Shown: one piece after another, positions 11,939 to 22,717 of the stretch
How positions within the stretch are numbered: position 1 is the stretch's first letter
Layout: each line of letters begins with the position of its first letter
Assembly: GCA_003208875.1 (NCBI GenBank)
Contig: QCUR01000001.1
Span: 1 to 64,000 of the forward strand
DNA: 64,000 bases
Origin: Prochlorococcus sp. AG-679-M23
Lineage (GTDB): Bacteria; Cyanobacteriota; Cyanobacteriia; PCC-6307; Cyanobiaceae
Direction of reading: 5' to 3'
Notes under the pieces: model-generated
Database searches by the model: none
Told to the model about the DNA's origin: nothing
What the model saw: the letters and a program-made list of their open reading frames with translations, nothing else
Program-made: the position numbers and the translations under genes

Positions 11939-12961
11939 ATGACTTTGCGTGTTGCGATTAATGGGTTTGGCAGAATTGGGCGAAACTTTATGCGTTGTTG
12001 GTTAAGTAGAGGAGCTTATACCAACATCGAAGTGGTTGGGATTAATGTAACTTCAGACCCTAAAACTAACGCTCATCTGCTTAAGTACGATTCAGTATTA
12101 GGAAAATTGGATGGGGTGGACATTCAATATACTGATGATACTTTTGTAATTAATAACAAGACTATCAAGTGTTTCTCTGATAGAAACCCAATGAATTTAC
12201 CTTGGAAAGATTGGGGGGTTGATTTGGTTATAGAATCAACTGGAGTTTTCAATACTGATGTTGGCGCAAGTAAGCACCTTGAGGTTGGTGCTAAAAAAGT
12301 AATTCTTACTGCTCCTGGTAAAGGTTCAGGTGTTGGGACTTACGTAGTAGGTGTGAATGCTGATCAATATAAACATAGTGATTATGATATTTTGAGCAAT
12401 GCTAGTTGCACTACAAATTGTTTAGCTCCAGTAGTAAAAGTTCTTGATCAAACGTTTGGAATTAATAAAGGATTGATGACAACAATTCATAGCTATACTG
12501 GTGATCAACGTATTTTAGATAATAGTCATAGGGATTTAAGAAGGGCTAGAGCAGCAGCTACAAACATTGTTCCTACTTCAACAGGAGCTGCTAAAGCAGT
12601 TGCTTTGGTCTACCCTGAGATGACAGGTAAACTCACTGGTATAGCTATGAGAGTACCTACTCCTAACGTTTCAGCTGTAGATTTCGTTTTTGAATCTTCA
12701 AAATCTGTTACTAGTCAAGAAGTTAATAACGCACTTAAGGAATCTTCTCTGGGCTCAATGAAAGGAATTATTAAATACGGTGATGAGCCACTGGTTTCAA
12801 GTGATTATGCAGGAACTAATGAATCATCAATAGTTGATAGTGATCTTACAATGTCAATTGGCGATAATCTTGTAAAAGTTCTTGCCTGGTATGACAATGA
12901 ATGGGGTTATAGTCAAAGAGTTGTGGATTTAGCTGAGATAGTAGCTCAAAAATGGGAATAA
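11939..12961 (+). CDS. gap: Glyceraldehyde-3-phosphate dehydrogenase
   Basis: [17 protein letters not shown] and WYDNEWGYS. Start at MTLRVA. Confidence 0.97.
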   Translation: MTLRVAINGFGRIGRNFMRCWLSRGAYTNIEVVGINVTSDPKTNAHLLKYDSVLGKLDGVDIQYTDDTFVINNKTIKCFSDRNPMNLPWKDWGVDLVIESTGVFNTDVGASKHLEVGAKKVILTAPGKGSGVGTYVVGVNADQYKHSDYDILSNASCTTNCLAPVVKVLDQTFGINKGLMTTIHSYTGDQRILDNSHRDLRRARAAATNIVPTSTGAAKAVALVYPEMTGKLTGIAMRVPTPNVSAVDFVFESSKSVTSQEVNNALKESSLGSMKGIIKYGDEPLVSSDYAGTNESSIVDSDLTMSIGDNLVKVLAWYDNEWGYSQRVVDLAEIVAQKWE

Positions 12962-13948
12962 TCAAAAGTGAGAAAAAGACTTATTTTTAAGTAAATTTTT
13001 GTTATCACAGTTTTTAAAATCGACTGAGACGTCTCCTTCGAGAAAATATCCGATTTCCGTAATAGTTTTATCTTCATTTAAAAGATTATTGGCCCATTTT
13101 CTTGGGAGGGAAAAAACTAGTTCGTAATCTTCGCCCCCAAAAAAATAATATTCGTCCCATTTATTTCCTCTTGGCCAATTTTTATGTTTAGGAACTTTTG
13201 CATAATCAATAATTGCTTTGCAATTACTTTCAGTTGCTAAATCTAATAATGCTTGAAATAAGCCATCACTACTGTCAGTACAACCAATCATTTTAATACT
13301 TTTATTAGTACGTGCTTTAAGTATTTTTTTAAGAAATTTAGGTTTAAGTTTTGGTCTGCAAAATTGTTGTATAGAACTATTGATTAATGAACGAGTTAGA
13401 ACTTTATCACTATCAAAAATTGTTTTATTTTTTATCATTAATCCTAATTTGCTAAGGCCATGAATGCCTGTAGTTAATATTATTTCATTTGGTTTGCACG
13501 AGCTTCTTCGTAATTTTATTTCACCCTGTTTTCCTAGAGCAGTCATAGAGATTACTTTTTCTTTCCCTACAGAACAATCCCCTCCAAGAATTAAGCCCCC
13601 AAAATGCTTTAAAGCTAGTTTTATTCCTGTATATAAATCTTTAATCCAAATCCAATCTGTTTCTGACGGGACTACTAATCCAATATTAACTCCTATAATT
13701 TCGCTGCATCCACTTGAGATTAAGTCAGATACATTACATGCTACGGCTTTCCATCCTATATCTAAGGCAGAAATCGTATCATCATTAAAATGTATATTCT
13801 CAACTAATGAATCAGTATTAATAAGTAAGTTTTTATTTTTAGCTTTAATGAATGCGCAATCATCAGAAACCTGCTTTTTAGGCATAAATTTAGCAAGCCT
13901 TTTTATTAATTCTTTTTCGCCAATATCTTCTAATAATTCTTTATGCAT
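12962..13948 (-). CDS. thiL: Thiamine-monophosphate kinase
   Basis: GEKELI, DDCA, NVSDL, DSSDGL and GGEDYEL motifs. Confidence 0.92.
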   Translation of the reverse strand: MHKELLEDIGEKELIKRLAKFMPKKQVSDDCAFIKAKNKNLLINTDSLVENIHFNDDTISALDIGWKAVACNVSDLISSGCSEIIGVNIGLVVPSETDWIWIKDLYTGIKLALKHFGGLILGGDCSVGKEKVISMTALGKQGEIKLRRSSCKPNEIILTTGIHGLSKLGLMIKNKTIFDSDKVLTRSLINSSIQQFCRPKLKPKFLKKILKARTNKSIKMIGCTDSSDGLFQALLDLATESNCKAIIDYAKVPKHKNWPRGNKWDEYYFFGGEDYELVFSLPRKWANNLLNEDKTITEIGYFLEGDVSVDFKNCDNKNLLKNKSFSHF

Positions 13949-15032
13949 TTAATTTGAGTTTATCCATTCCATTTAGAACATCAATTGAAATTATCGTGTC
14001 ATCTTTTGTAAGCTCTTCTAAAACGTCAAAACCTTCTATTACATAACCAAAGGCGGCATTCCTTCCATCAATTAAATTGCGACCTGCTGGATTTAGCTCT
14101 GCTTCATACAAAAAGAAGAAAAACTGCGACGATCCATCATCAACAGCGGTACTAGAATGGGACCATCCCAAAGTTCCAAGTGTTGCAAATGGCAAAGTCG
14201 GAGTTTCTGTATAAAGGCCTAACTCTTCAAAAGTTTCATTATAAAAAGTTTCGCTTTCGTTAGGTATTCTTATTTCCAGAGGAACATGTCTTTCCACATT
14301 TGTTTCGGGATCTATATATCCAATCTCATTACCAACCGGATCACCAGTTTGTAGAACAAAAAATTCCTCTGCTCTATTTATTGGCATATTACTGTAAAAG
14401 TTTTTTGAAGATAAATCTATAAAGGCACCAGCAGTAAGTGGTGCATTAAATCCATCTATTATTGCTTGCATATTCCCTTTAGAAGTTTTTATATTTACTT
14501 TTGCTCTACCGAGTAATCTTGGAAGATCATCAAATTCGCTTGGGATAGCATAGGGAAATTCATTTGGTAAAAAATATTCCTCTAGTCCCCCTATTTTGTC
14601 TAGTGCTTCTCTTCTGCTTGTTATGAATGAATATTTATCTTTAGATTTAGCTTCATCTTGAAGATTATCAAAATCATTTTTAAGCTCTAAAAATGTGTTT
14701 TCTGCAATTTTTTGTTTTTCGTTTGGTAATTCCTCAATAATTCGACTCTTATATTTTTTTAGTAAAGATTGACATTTTGTAACAGTTTTTGAGAGAGCTG
14801 GCCATCTTCCTCCTCTCACAAGGTCACTTGTGTCCTCTAACTTATGTTGAATTTCCTGCAGCTCAATTTGCTTGATAGGGAGTGCATTTCTGAGTATTGC
14901 ATTGGGATCTTTTACTGCGTTTCCAGTAGGTAAATCAGCCAATACTTGTGTTGGTTTTAAGAAGCATACATGTATTAAAATTAGAATTAAAAATAAATAA
15001 TGTTTGTTCTGATTTGATAAGAAGTTTTGCAT
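13941..15032 (-). CDS. Cyclophilin-type peptidyl-prolyl isomerase (CYP38/TLP40-like)
   Basis: Signal peptide; [25 protein letters not shown] and FGYV motifs. Confidence 0.85.
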   Translation of the reverse strand: MQNFLSNQNKHYLFLILILIHVCFLKPTQVLADLPTGNAVKDPNAILRNALPIKQIELQEIQHKLEDTSDLVRGGRWPALSKTVTKCQSLLKKYKSRIIEELPNEKQKIAENTFLELKNDFDNLQDEAKSKDKYSFITSRREALDKIGGLEEYFLPNEFPYAIPSEFDDLPRLLGRAKVNIKTSKGNMQAIIDGFNAPLTAGAFIDLSSKNFYSNMPINRAEEFFVLQTGDPVGNEIGYIDPETNVERHVPLEIRIPNESETFYNETFEELGLYTETPTLPFATLGTLGWSHSSTAVDDGSSQFFFFLYEAELNPAGRNLIDGRNAAFGYVIEGFDVLEELTKDDTIISIDVLNGMDKLKLNA

Positions 15033-15075
15033 AGCACTCTTACAGGTTTATGATCCTTGGGTATGTAATACAGGA

Positions 15076-15636
15076 ATGATTTCCAGTAACGATTTTCGCA
15101 CAGGTACCACCATCGAGATAGATGGACAAGTTTGGCGTGTAGTAGAATTCCTACATGTCAAGCCTGGTAAAGGTTCTGCTTTTGTGCGAACAAAATTAAA
15201 ATCAGTTCGAAACGGTAATGTAGTCGAAAAAACTTTTCGAGCTGGAGAATCAGTACAACAAGCTGTCCTTGAAAAGTCTAACCTGCAACATACTTATGTG
15301 GAGTCAGGAGATTACGTTTTTATGGATATGATAAGTTTTGAAGAAACAAGACTCTCCTCTGATCAGATCGGTAGAGGTTCAAAGTATTTAAAAGAAGGTA
15401 TGGAGGTTAATGTGATTTTTTATAAAGATAAAGTTTTAGAAGTTGAACTTCCAATCTCTATAACTTTAAAAGTTACAGAAACAGATCCTGGAGTTAAAGG
15501 AGATACTGCAAGTGGGGGTACTAAACCAGCTATTCTAGAAACAGGTGCTCAAGTTATGGTTCCTTTGTTTATCTCTGTAGGAGAAATGATTAAGGTCGAT
15601 ACCCGTAACGATAGTTATCTTGGACGTGACAACTAA
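15076..15636 (+). CDS. efp: Elongation factor P
   Basis: [12 protein letters not shown] and [10 protein letters not shown] motifs. Confidence 0.97.
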   Translation: MISSNDFRTGTTIEIDGQVWRVVEFLHVKPGKGSAFVRTKLKSVRNGNVVEKTFRAGESVQQAVLEKSNLQHTYVESGDYVFMDMISFEETRLSSDQIGRGSKYLKEGMEVNVIFYKDKVLEVELPISITLKVTETDPGVKGDTASGGTKPAILETGAQVMVPLFISVGEMIKVDTRNDSYLGRDN

Positions 15637-16142
15637 TGGCTATGAAATTAGATCATGATGACCTAGATCGCTTGATAGAAAAAATTTCTACAAGTGATAT
15701 TCAAGAATTTTCTCTAGAAGGGGAAGATTTTAAACTTGAAATAAAAAGAAATTTGTTTGATCAGAATAATTTAACTAACAATTCTACAAAAAACACTTCT
15801 TTAGAGAAGCAAATAATTACTTCTCAATCAACATCAACAGATAATATTACCCTGACAAGTAATGCTGAAACATCTCAGGTGGCCCCTCCAGGGCGCTCAG
15901 ACCTAACAGACATTACATCTCCTATGGTAGGAACCTTTTATAGGGCTGCGGCTCCAGGAGAAGACCCGTTTGTTGATTTAGGAAGTAAGATTACTACTGG
16001 GCAAACGATTTGCATCCTTGAAGCTATGAAGTTGATGAATGAAATTGAATCAGAGTTTAATGCTGAAATTGTAGAAATTCTTGTTGAAAATGGAACACCA
16101 GTAGAGTTTGGACAAGTATTAATGCGCGTTAAACAATCTTGA
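15636..16142 (+). CDS. accB: Biotin carboxyl carrier protein of acetyl-CoA carboxylase
   Basis: SPMVGTFY and the EAMKLMNE biotinylation motif. Confidence 0.96.
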   Translation: MAMKLDHDDLDRLIEKISTSDIQEFSLEGEDFKLEIKRNLFDQNNLTNNSTKNTSLEKQIITSQSTSTDNITLTSNAETSQVAPPGRSDLTDITSPMVGTFYRAAAPGEDPFVDLGSKITTGQTICILEAMKLMNEIESEFNAEIVEILVENGTPVEFGQVLMRVKQS

Positions 16143-17159
16143 ATCTTTAGTTAAATCAAAAGCTGCTTTTATTGCTTCAACCATACTTTGAGATTGAGCT
16201 AAACCCTTTCCTGCAATATCAAATCCAGTTCCATGATCAGGAGATGTTCTGATAAAAGGTAAACCAATAGTTGTATTAACTGAGTAATTAAGGGCAATAA
16301 CTTTCATTGGAATTAATCCCTGATCATGATACATAGCAAGAATTCCATCATGTCTTGGAGCTGTTTTATCCCTCCAAGCTTTTGAAGATGAATTCCAACA
16401 AGTATCAGGAGAAATAGGACCTGATACTTCAACTCCTTTATTTTGATTACCCCAGTTAGTAACCGCTTTTTTGATCCAATCTTTTTCTTCACTTCCTAAT
16501 ATGCCTTCTTCACCAGCATGAGGGTTTAATCCAGCAACTTTTAGAAGGGGTTTATTGACATAGGTTTTGCAAAATTTTGCAAACAAATCTAATTTTGTAT
16601 GAATTAGGTTTGTAGATAATTGTTTTGGTACGTGGCATAAAGGTATGTGGGTAGTTGCCAATAAGGTGTTAAATCTCCAACCAGTGATTGGAGATTTAGC
16701 TGTAAATAACATACCAACATCCTTAACCTGACAAGATTCTGCCAATAATTCTGTTTGACCTGAATAATTATGGCCTGCTAAAGACCATGACTTTTTACAA
16801 ATAGGTCCAGTAACTAGTGCTGCATTCGTATATTTCTGAACAATTTCAATAGCTTTTTTTAAGTAAAAGAAACTTGCATTACCGTTACTTTTTTTTGGTC
16901 TATTTATTTCAAATGGAATTCTAATATCATGTATTTGGTAATTATTAGGATCTACAATATTTTTGACTCCTAAAGATTTAAGATTTTTATAAGTATTTTC
17001 TAGGTTATTTTTTGATCCAACAATTATAAAATCAAGGTTATGTGGAATTTCGTTTGAAAAAAGAGCTTTCAAAATAATTTCAGGTCCGATGCCTGATTCG
17101 TCTCCAACGCTTATGATAATTTTAAAATTTTCTCCAATACTATTGCTTTTATTATTCAT
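16119..17159 (-). CDS. pdxA: 4-hydroxythreonine-4-phosphate dehydrogenase
   Basis: GIGPEI, LNPHAGE, MYHDQG and RTSPDHGT motifs. Confidence 0.95.
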   Translation of the reverse strand: MNNKSNSIGENFKIIISVGDESGIGPEIILKALFSNEIPHNLDFIIVGSKNNLENTYKNLKSLGVKNIVDPNNYQIHDIRIPFEINRPKKSNGNASFFYLKKAIEIVQKYTNAALVTGPICKKSWSLAGHNYSGQTELLAESCQVKDVGMLFTAKSPITGWRFNTLLATTHIPLCHVPKQLSTNLIHTKLDLFAKFCKTYVNKPLLKVAGLNPHAGEEGILGSEEKDWIKKAVTNWGNQNKGVEVSGPISPDTCWNSSSKAWRDKTAPRHDGILAMYHDQGLIPMKVIALNYSVNTTIGLPFIRTSPDHGTGFDIAGKGLAQSQSMVEAIKAAFDLTKDSRLFNAH

Positions 17160-18040
17160 GATTTAATTTTAATAAGGCAATTATTTAATCCTGCTTTGTA
17201 GTTTTTATAAATAAGGTTATAACCTAATTTTTCGCATAATAATTTATTTGAAACTCTTCTATTTTCTTTCCAAAAAGATTGGGCAATTGGTGATAAATCT
17301 TTTTTAGCTTCTTCAAATAATATTTTTTTGGGCATTTCTAACCCAAGTAGTTGGTAGCCATATTTCATGACTTCAATTTGTGAGCAAGGCTCGTCATCTG
17401 CGATATTAATTATTTGATGAAAATCCAAATTATTTTTATTTTGTATTAAATAAATAATTGCATTTGCAATATCAGCGACATGAATTCTAGAGAAGACTTG
17501 ATTTTCTTTATCTATCACTTTGATTTTTTTTGTTTTAATAGCTTCTAAAGTTGACCTCCCTGGACCATAAATACCAGGTAATCTGAAAATTTGTATTGGC
17601 AAATTTGAATTAATCCATTCTCTCTCACAATTTAATCTCCTTCGACTTCTTTCTTGCAAAGGATTCGGTTGATCTTGTTCACAAACCCAATTACCATCGG
17701 TGTTGCCATAAACACCAGTAGTAGAAAGATATCCAACCCATGTTAGAGATAAATTTTGAATTTTATTTTTAAGCCTCTTTAATACAGGGTCGTTACCATT
17801 TTTATCTGGAGGTACACAACTAAGAATATGAGTTACTCCCTCAAAAATTGAATCTGTAGGTATTGAATTATCTTCGCTATTAAAAATAAAACTATTTGGC
17901 TCACTACTAACAGATCGAGAACTTGCTAATGCTATGCAGCCTAGTTTTCTGATTGATTTTGCAAAATAGTCTCCGCTAAAACCTCCTCCAAAGATTAGGA
18001 ATTTATTTTTAGCTGTAATTGGACTTGATAAATTGGTCAT
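17156..18040 (-). CDS. NAD-dependent epimerase/dehydratase (atypical SDR)
   Basis: FGGGFSG, YLSTTGVYG, RLPGIYGPGR and SRIHVADIA motifs. Confidence 0.85.
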   Translation of the reverse strand: MTNLSSPITAKNKFLIFGGGFSGDYFAKSIRKLGCIALASSRSVSSEPNSFIFNSEDNSIPTDSIFEGVTHILSCVPPDKNGNDPVLKRLKNKIQNLSLTWVGYLSTTGVYGNTDGNWVCEQDQPNPLQERSRRRLNCEREWINSNLPIQIFRLPGIYGPGRSTLEAIKTKKIKVIDKENQVFSRIHVADIANAIIYLIQNKNNLDFHQIINIADDEPCSQIEVMKYGYQLLGLEMPKKILFEEAKKDLSPIAQSFWKENRRVSNKLLCEKLGYNLIYKNYKAGLNNCLIKIKS

Positions 18041-18053
18041 TAAGTATTATAAA

Positions 18054-18069
18054 TAGTACATATGTATTA
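18054..18069. promoter_or_regulatory. Candidate LexA (SOS) box
   Basis: TAGTACA-TA-TGTATTA is one mismatch from the picocyanobacterial TAGTACA-N2-TGTACTA palindrome. It lies between two divergent starts. Confidence 0.5.
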
Positions 18070-18078
18070 TTAAAGAAA

Positions 18079-18315
18079 ATGCAGACTTTAATTCAGCCTG
18101 AGGTAAAACTAAAGATAATAGGTTTTGATAATTCCAATTATAAAGTTAAAGAAAAATCAAATTATTCAAAATCTGGTTTAGATTTTAAATTCTATCAAAA
18201 ATTATTTGTAATACTTTTAGTATCGTGTGCATTTTTAATATTTCCTGAATCCCCACAAGATTCAGAAGTTTTATGCAAAAAATATCAATCTACAAAGGCT
18301 TGTATGGTCTGGTAA
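18079..18315 (+). CDS. Small hypothetical membrane protein
   Basis: ATG at 18079 avoids overlap with the divergent gene. One hydrophobic segment and a C-terminal C..CMVW. Confidence 0.6.
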   Translation: MQTLIQPEVKLKIIGFDNSNYKVKEKSNYSKSGLDFKFYQKLFVILLVSCAFLIFPESPQDSEVLCKKYQSTKACMVW

Positions 18316-18720
18316 TTACGCGGCATTACATTCATCATCTTTAAACTTGTAATTTTTATTTTTTTTATTCATAAAGGTAGGATTTGCCCATTGTAATAAT
18401 CTTAAAGCTAATCTCAGATCACCATCTAACCATGCTCTTATAGCCATAGCTCTTCTAGGATCATAAAATTTTTGTTTTCTATACCAATACAAAGCATTAT
18501 CATCTGATTTGTCGCCGTTGCATGATAAGCATGCTGGGACACAATTTTCGGTTGTACTTAATCCTCCCTGGCTTCTAGGAAGTACATGGTCAATGGACTC
18601 TGAAGGTTTTCCGCAGTATATGCAACTTTTTCCCGTAAACGCATGAATTGATTTTCGCCATTGCCTTAATCTGAATTTAGGGCATAAATCTTCTAAAAAG
18701 ACAGCATCATTAATATGCAT
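18316..18720 (-). CDS. HNH endonuclease family protein
   Basis: CIYCG..SIDHVLPRSQGG..NCVPACLSCN. Confidence 0.88.
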   Translation of the reverse strand: MHINDAVFLEDLCPKFRLRQWRKSIHAFTGKSCIYCGKPSESIDHVLPRSQGGLSTTENCVPACLSCNGDKSDDNALYWYRKQKFYDPRRAMAIRAWLDGDLRLALRLLQWANPTFMNKKNKNYKFKDDECNAA

Positions 18721-18890
18721 TCAGATTATTTTATTTCCTACAATTTTGACCGATTCAATAAAAAAGTCAATAGGTTTTATATCATTTTTAAGATTATATT
18801 TTATTGATTGAATATATTTTATGTATTTAATTATACCTAATAAGTAATATTTAATTTATAAGCTAAATGTAATTAAATATACTGTTAACG

Positions 18891-19310
18891 TTAATAGCTA
18901 TACCTATCAAAGGTTTCTTTGGAGTAGTCTTCACTTTCTTTTTCTTGCAGGAGTTCTTCTTGTTTTTGCCTCTTTTCTTTTCTATTGTTTTCTAATTGCA
19001 GTTTTCTATCAGGATGAAGTTGATCTAAAAATTCAATACAGTAAGAAAACTTATCTCTTTCTCTTACAACTGTTTCAATAATTTGCCCGGCGGCCTGCTT
19101 TGGGGAGGTTTTAAAAATACCCCCTTTTTGTCTCTTGATATAACTGTAAGCTGCTTGCCAACTGCTTTCATGGTCATTCCCACCATCTCTCATTGTACAA
19201 AATATTTCTGCTCCAAAGGAACCTGCAATTGCTTTAGTGGCAAATAATAGTAACGGAACAAACATTGTAACTATAGGCAAAATGAATCTCACCTTTTTAT
19301 TCCTTTTCAT
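18891..19310 (-). CDS. Conserved hypothetical exported protein
   Basis: 139-aa ORF with a signal-peptide-like N-terminus. Confidence 0.7.
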   Translation of the reverse strand: MKRNKKVRFILPIVTMFVPLLLFATKAIAGSFGAEIFCTMRDGGNDHESSWQAAYSYIKRQKGGIFKTSPKQAAGQIIETVVRERDKFSYCIEFLDQLHPDRKLQLENNRKEKRQKQEELLQEKESEDYSKETFDRYSY

Positions 19311-19368
19311 TAGTTTTTTATCTGTATATATAAAAAGTATCTTTAATTTTGATTATGTCTAGACAAAT

Positions 19369-19893
19369 TTAAGATTTTATTATCCCAAATAGATTGAGCA
19401 TTTTTACAACCAATGGCAAGATTAAAAGAACAGTAACTAATCTGACTGCGTGAAGAGTTGCAACTGCTGCCCCTACTCCATATTCTGTACCAACTAAACT
19501 CATACCACTTATCCCTCCTGGAGCAGCACCAAGAATTGTCGTGATTATATCTACATTAAGTAATCTGCTAGTCCATAAACCAATCGCTAAGCCAGTAATT
19601 ATTAGTGTAAATGTGATTAAAATTGCAGGTTTCCATAAAGTTTGTAATTCAACTAGTGAGTCCTTTGTTAAGCTTGTTCCAATAACAGTACCAATACCTA
19701 TTTCTAATATAGTTCTTGTACCATTTGGCCACGCGGCAGTCTCAACTTTCCCGCTGATGCCTAAAATACTTGCACCAATTAAAGCCCCTGCCAGTGGAGC
19801 TGCAGGTATGCCTGTTTTTAAAGCTAGTGCTCCAAAAGCTGTGCCTGCAATTATATAAAAAATTAGATTTATATTCGACATATAAGAAATCAA
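19369..19893 (-). CDS. AbrB-family (membrane) protein
   Basis: Multi-TM protein with the APGGISGM motif and HAVRL. Confidence 0.75.
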   Translation of the reverse strand: MISYMSNINLIFYIIAGTAFGALALKTGIPAAPLAGALIGASILGISGKVETAAWPNGTRTILEIGIGTVIGTSLTKDSLVELQTLWKPAILITFTLIITGLAIGLWTSRLLNVDIITTILGAAPGGISGMSLVGTEYGVGAAVATLHAVRLVTVLLILPLVVKMLNLFGIIKS

Positions 19894-20126
19894 TTGTTTG
19901 GTAATAATATTAGGAATAAATTTAAAGGCTCGGGTATATGTTCAAATTATGTTGTTATTTACTAATTACATAATCCTTTATGAAATTTAAAAAATTTTAT
20001 CCGCATTCAACAAAAATTAATCAGCCTAAATATTTACCATTAAAACTTATTTTTAAAAATTAGTTGAATTTTTGCTGCATAATGGGCCTTCGAGTTGGCA
20101 TAATAATAAGTAAAGCACTATTTCTT

Positions 20127-20324
20127 ATGGCTTCACAAATTTCTTATAAAGGTAATAAAAACCCAATCAAAAAGAAGTTATCCTTTTTTGAAGGTGGACA
20201 TCAACTCGAAAAATTAGAATTCGCTCTTGCCGTAGCTCAAACTAAGGGTGACGAACAAAAATCTTTAGTATTAATGAAAAAAATTGTTGAATTAGGTGGA
20301 AATGTTGAAGAACCTGGTACTTAG
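20127..20324 (+). CDS. Small conserved hypothetical protein
   Basis: 65 aa from the ATG at 20127; ends GGNVEEPGT. Confidence 0.65.
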   Translation: MASQISYKGNKNPIKKKLSFFEGGHQLEKLEFALAVAQTKGDEQKSLVLMKKIVELGGNVEEPGT

Positions 20325-21490
20325 TTTACCTCGCTTTTTAAATGGCGGGATGCAATTTTCAAGGCCTTTCCTGCTGTATCCGTAGAGATTATATTTTGTT
20401 CGACTAATGTATTGCCAATAGCTGCTATCACTGTAATTATATCTCTATCATTTATGTAACCTAAGTGACCAACTCTAAATATCTTTCCTTTTAAATGATC
20501 TTGTCCTCCAGCTAGTAAAATATCATACTTATTTTTTATATTTTTTCTAAACTGTTCTGCATCTATATCTTCAATTTGAATTGCAGTAACAGCTGGACTC
20601 AGATAGTTTTCATCAGCAAATAACTTTAGGTTAAGTGTTTTTGCAGCGTCACTAACTGCGAGTTTATGTCTTTCATGTCTTTTAAAGATTTTATTTAGTC
20701 CTTCATCTTTCATCATTTTTAATGATTCATCCAAAGCAAAAACTAAATTTACTGCTGGAGTATAAGGATTGCTATTGCTCGACAGACTCTTTTTATATGA
20801 TTTTAAATTTAAATAGAATTTAGGTAAGTTAGAATTTTCTGAGGCTTGCCATGCTTTCTCACTCATTGACACAAAGCTTAATCCTGGTGGTATCATGTAT
20901 CCCTTTTGAGATCCTGAAGCAACAACATCTAGTTTCCAATCATCTACCGGTACATTACATGCTCCAATGCTTGTTACACAGTCAATAATTGATAACGCTT
21001 TTTTATGATTACGTATATGAGAACTTATTGTTTTTAAATCATTTATAACTCCAGTTGACGTTTCTGAATGTGTAAGGATAACTGCTTTTATTTCTTTTTT
21101 ATCATCTTTTTCTAAAATTCTTTTAAAATTTTCTGGATCAAGTGATTTTCCCCATTCTGCCTCAATTTTAATCACTTCGAGTCCGAATTCTTTTGCAACT
21201 TTTACCCATCTTTGTCCAAACTTTCCATTTTCACCACAAATAACTTTGTCTCCTTTGCTTAGGGTACTGATCATTCCTGCTTCCATGGCAGCTGTTCCAC
21301 TACCTGTAATCGTTAGAACATCATTTTTTGTTTGATGTAGCCATTGTAGATTTTTGGTAGTGATTTCCATAAGGTCTTGAAAATCTTTACTTCTATGTCC
21401 TATGGGATGCCTTCCAAGTGCTTGTAAAACTTTTTCTGGAACTGGTGTGGGACCAGGTATCATCAATGATAATTTTTGTTGTATGGCCAC
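20321..21490 (-). CDS. Class V PLP aminotransferase (serine/alanine-glyoxylate aminotransferase-like)
   Basis: MIPGPTP, HSETSTG and the SGSQKG PLP lysine. Confidence 0.9.
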   Translation of the reverse strand: MAIQQKLSLMIPGPTPVPEKVLQALGRHPIGHRSKDFQDLMEITTKNLQWLHQTKNDVLTITGSGTAAMEAGMISTLSKGDKVICGENGKFGQRWVKVAKEFGLEVIKIEAEWGKSLDPENFKRILEKDDKKEIKAVILTHSETSTGVINDLKTISSHIRNHKKALSIIDCVTSIGACNVPVDDWKLDVVASGSQKGYMIPPGLSFVSMSEKAWQASENSNLPKFYLNLKSYKKSLSSNSNPYTPAVNLVFALDESLKMMKDEGLNKIFKRHERHKLAVSDAAKTLNLKLFADENYLSPAVTAIQIEDIDAEQFRKNIKNKYDILLAGGQDHLKGKIFRVGHLGYINDRDIITVIAAIGNTLVEQNIISTDTAGKALKIASRHLKSEVN

Positions 21491-21550
21491 TTTTTAATTA
21501 ATAGGTCATCCTAAGATTAGTAGTCATAAAATATTTTTCAATTACTTGAT

Positions 21551-22669
21551 TTGAAAAAAGGATTTTCTTTACCTTTATGGGTAACTGGAGCTGCTAAGTC
21601 AGCAATAAAAAAACTAATAGGATTACCTTTTAATGATTATGAATTAATTAAAATTCCAAAAGATAAAAATTTAATTAGAGTTAAAGTTCATTCATCTGGA
21701 TTAATTAATGGAAAATCTCATGCTCTTGGAATTTCTTTTGTAGATTCTGGATTGGATCTTGATCTAACACAAAACCTAGAAATATGGACAATTGCTTCTT
21801 TAGAAAAAAATCATAATACAATTAATAAGCCTTTAGATCTAATTAATATTATTCCTGGTTATGGTGTTGGCATTGATCAAGAGACTTCTAAGATCTGTAT
21901 TTCTGATTTTGCCCAACAATTATTAGTTGAAAATTTATTTAATATCGTTCCTGAAGGATACAAACTGAATTTAGAGATTATATTTCCAAATGGAAAATTT
22001 TTGGCCGAAAGAACTAGTAATAAATCATTTGGAATTGTTGAAGGGCTTTCAATTATAGGTACTAGTGCTGAAACTTTTGCAAGTGCTTCACCTGATCAAT
22101 TAAAAAATGCAAAAGCTCAGCTAAAACAGATTATTTCCAATGAAGTTTGTGACACAATAATTTTTGTTATTGGTGAAAATGGCTTAAATTTAGCAAAAAG
22201 TTCTAATATTAAATTTCCTATTATTAAAGTAGGTAATTGGATAGGACCATTATTAGTTGATGCTGCAATACAAAAGATTAAAAAAGTAATCCTTTTTGGC
22301 TATCATGGCAAATTAATTAAATTAGCTGGAGGAATTTTTCATACTCATAATCATTTAGCAGATGCAAGAATAGAAATTCTTGTTTATTTAGCCGTAAAAG
22401 AAGAAGTTCCACTAGAAATAATTCAAAAATTATCGCAATCAAATACGGTTGAAGATGCGTTGTTAGTTCTTGAAAGTTTTAGTCTTTTTATGGTTGACAA
22501 ACTATGGAACAAATTATCAGATACTATTGAAAAGCGCTCTACAGAATATATAAATAGATATATAAAAACAGACATGAAAGTTGGAGCAATTATCTTTGAT
22601 AGAAATAGAAAAATTCGTTGGTCAGGTAAAAATAGTAAAGACTATATTTCTGCTTTTAAAGGTTTCTAA
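21551..22669 (+). CDS. cbiD: Cobalt-precorrin-5B C1-methyltransferase
   Basis: AERTSN..FGIVEGLSIIGT and GYHGKLIKLAGGIFHTH motifs. Confidence 0.92.
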   Translation: MKKGFSLPLWVTGAAKSAIKKLIGLPFNDYELIKIPKDKNLIRVKVHSSGLINGKSHALGISFVDSGLDLDLTQNLEIWTIASLEKNHNTINKPLDLINIIPGYGVGIDQETSKICISDFAQQLLVENLFNIVPEGYKLNLEIIFPNGKFLAERTSNKSFGIVEGLSIIGTSAETFASASPDQLKNAKAQLKQIISNEVCDTIIFVIGENGLNLAKSSNIKFPIIKVGNWIGPLLVDAAIQKIKKVILFGYHGKLIKLAGGIFHTHNHLADARIEILVYLAVKEEVPLEIIQKLSQSNTVEDALLVLESFSLFMVDKLWNKLSDTIEKRSTEYINRYIKTDMKVGAIIFDRNRKIRWSGKNSKDYISAFKGF

Positions 22670-22717
22670 TTTTAAGTGGGTTATGTTTTTGTAAATAAAT
22701 TGAGGTAACTTTTAGAC

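Noticed and set aside
18316..18720. HNH nuclease read as a mobile homing element
   Set aside because: No intron, flanking repeats or disrupted host gene are seen; it sits in the conserved backbone.
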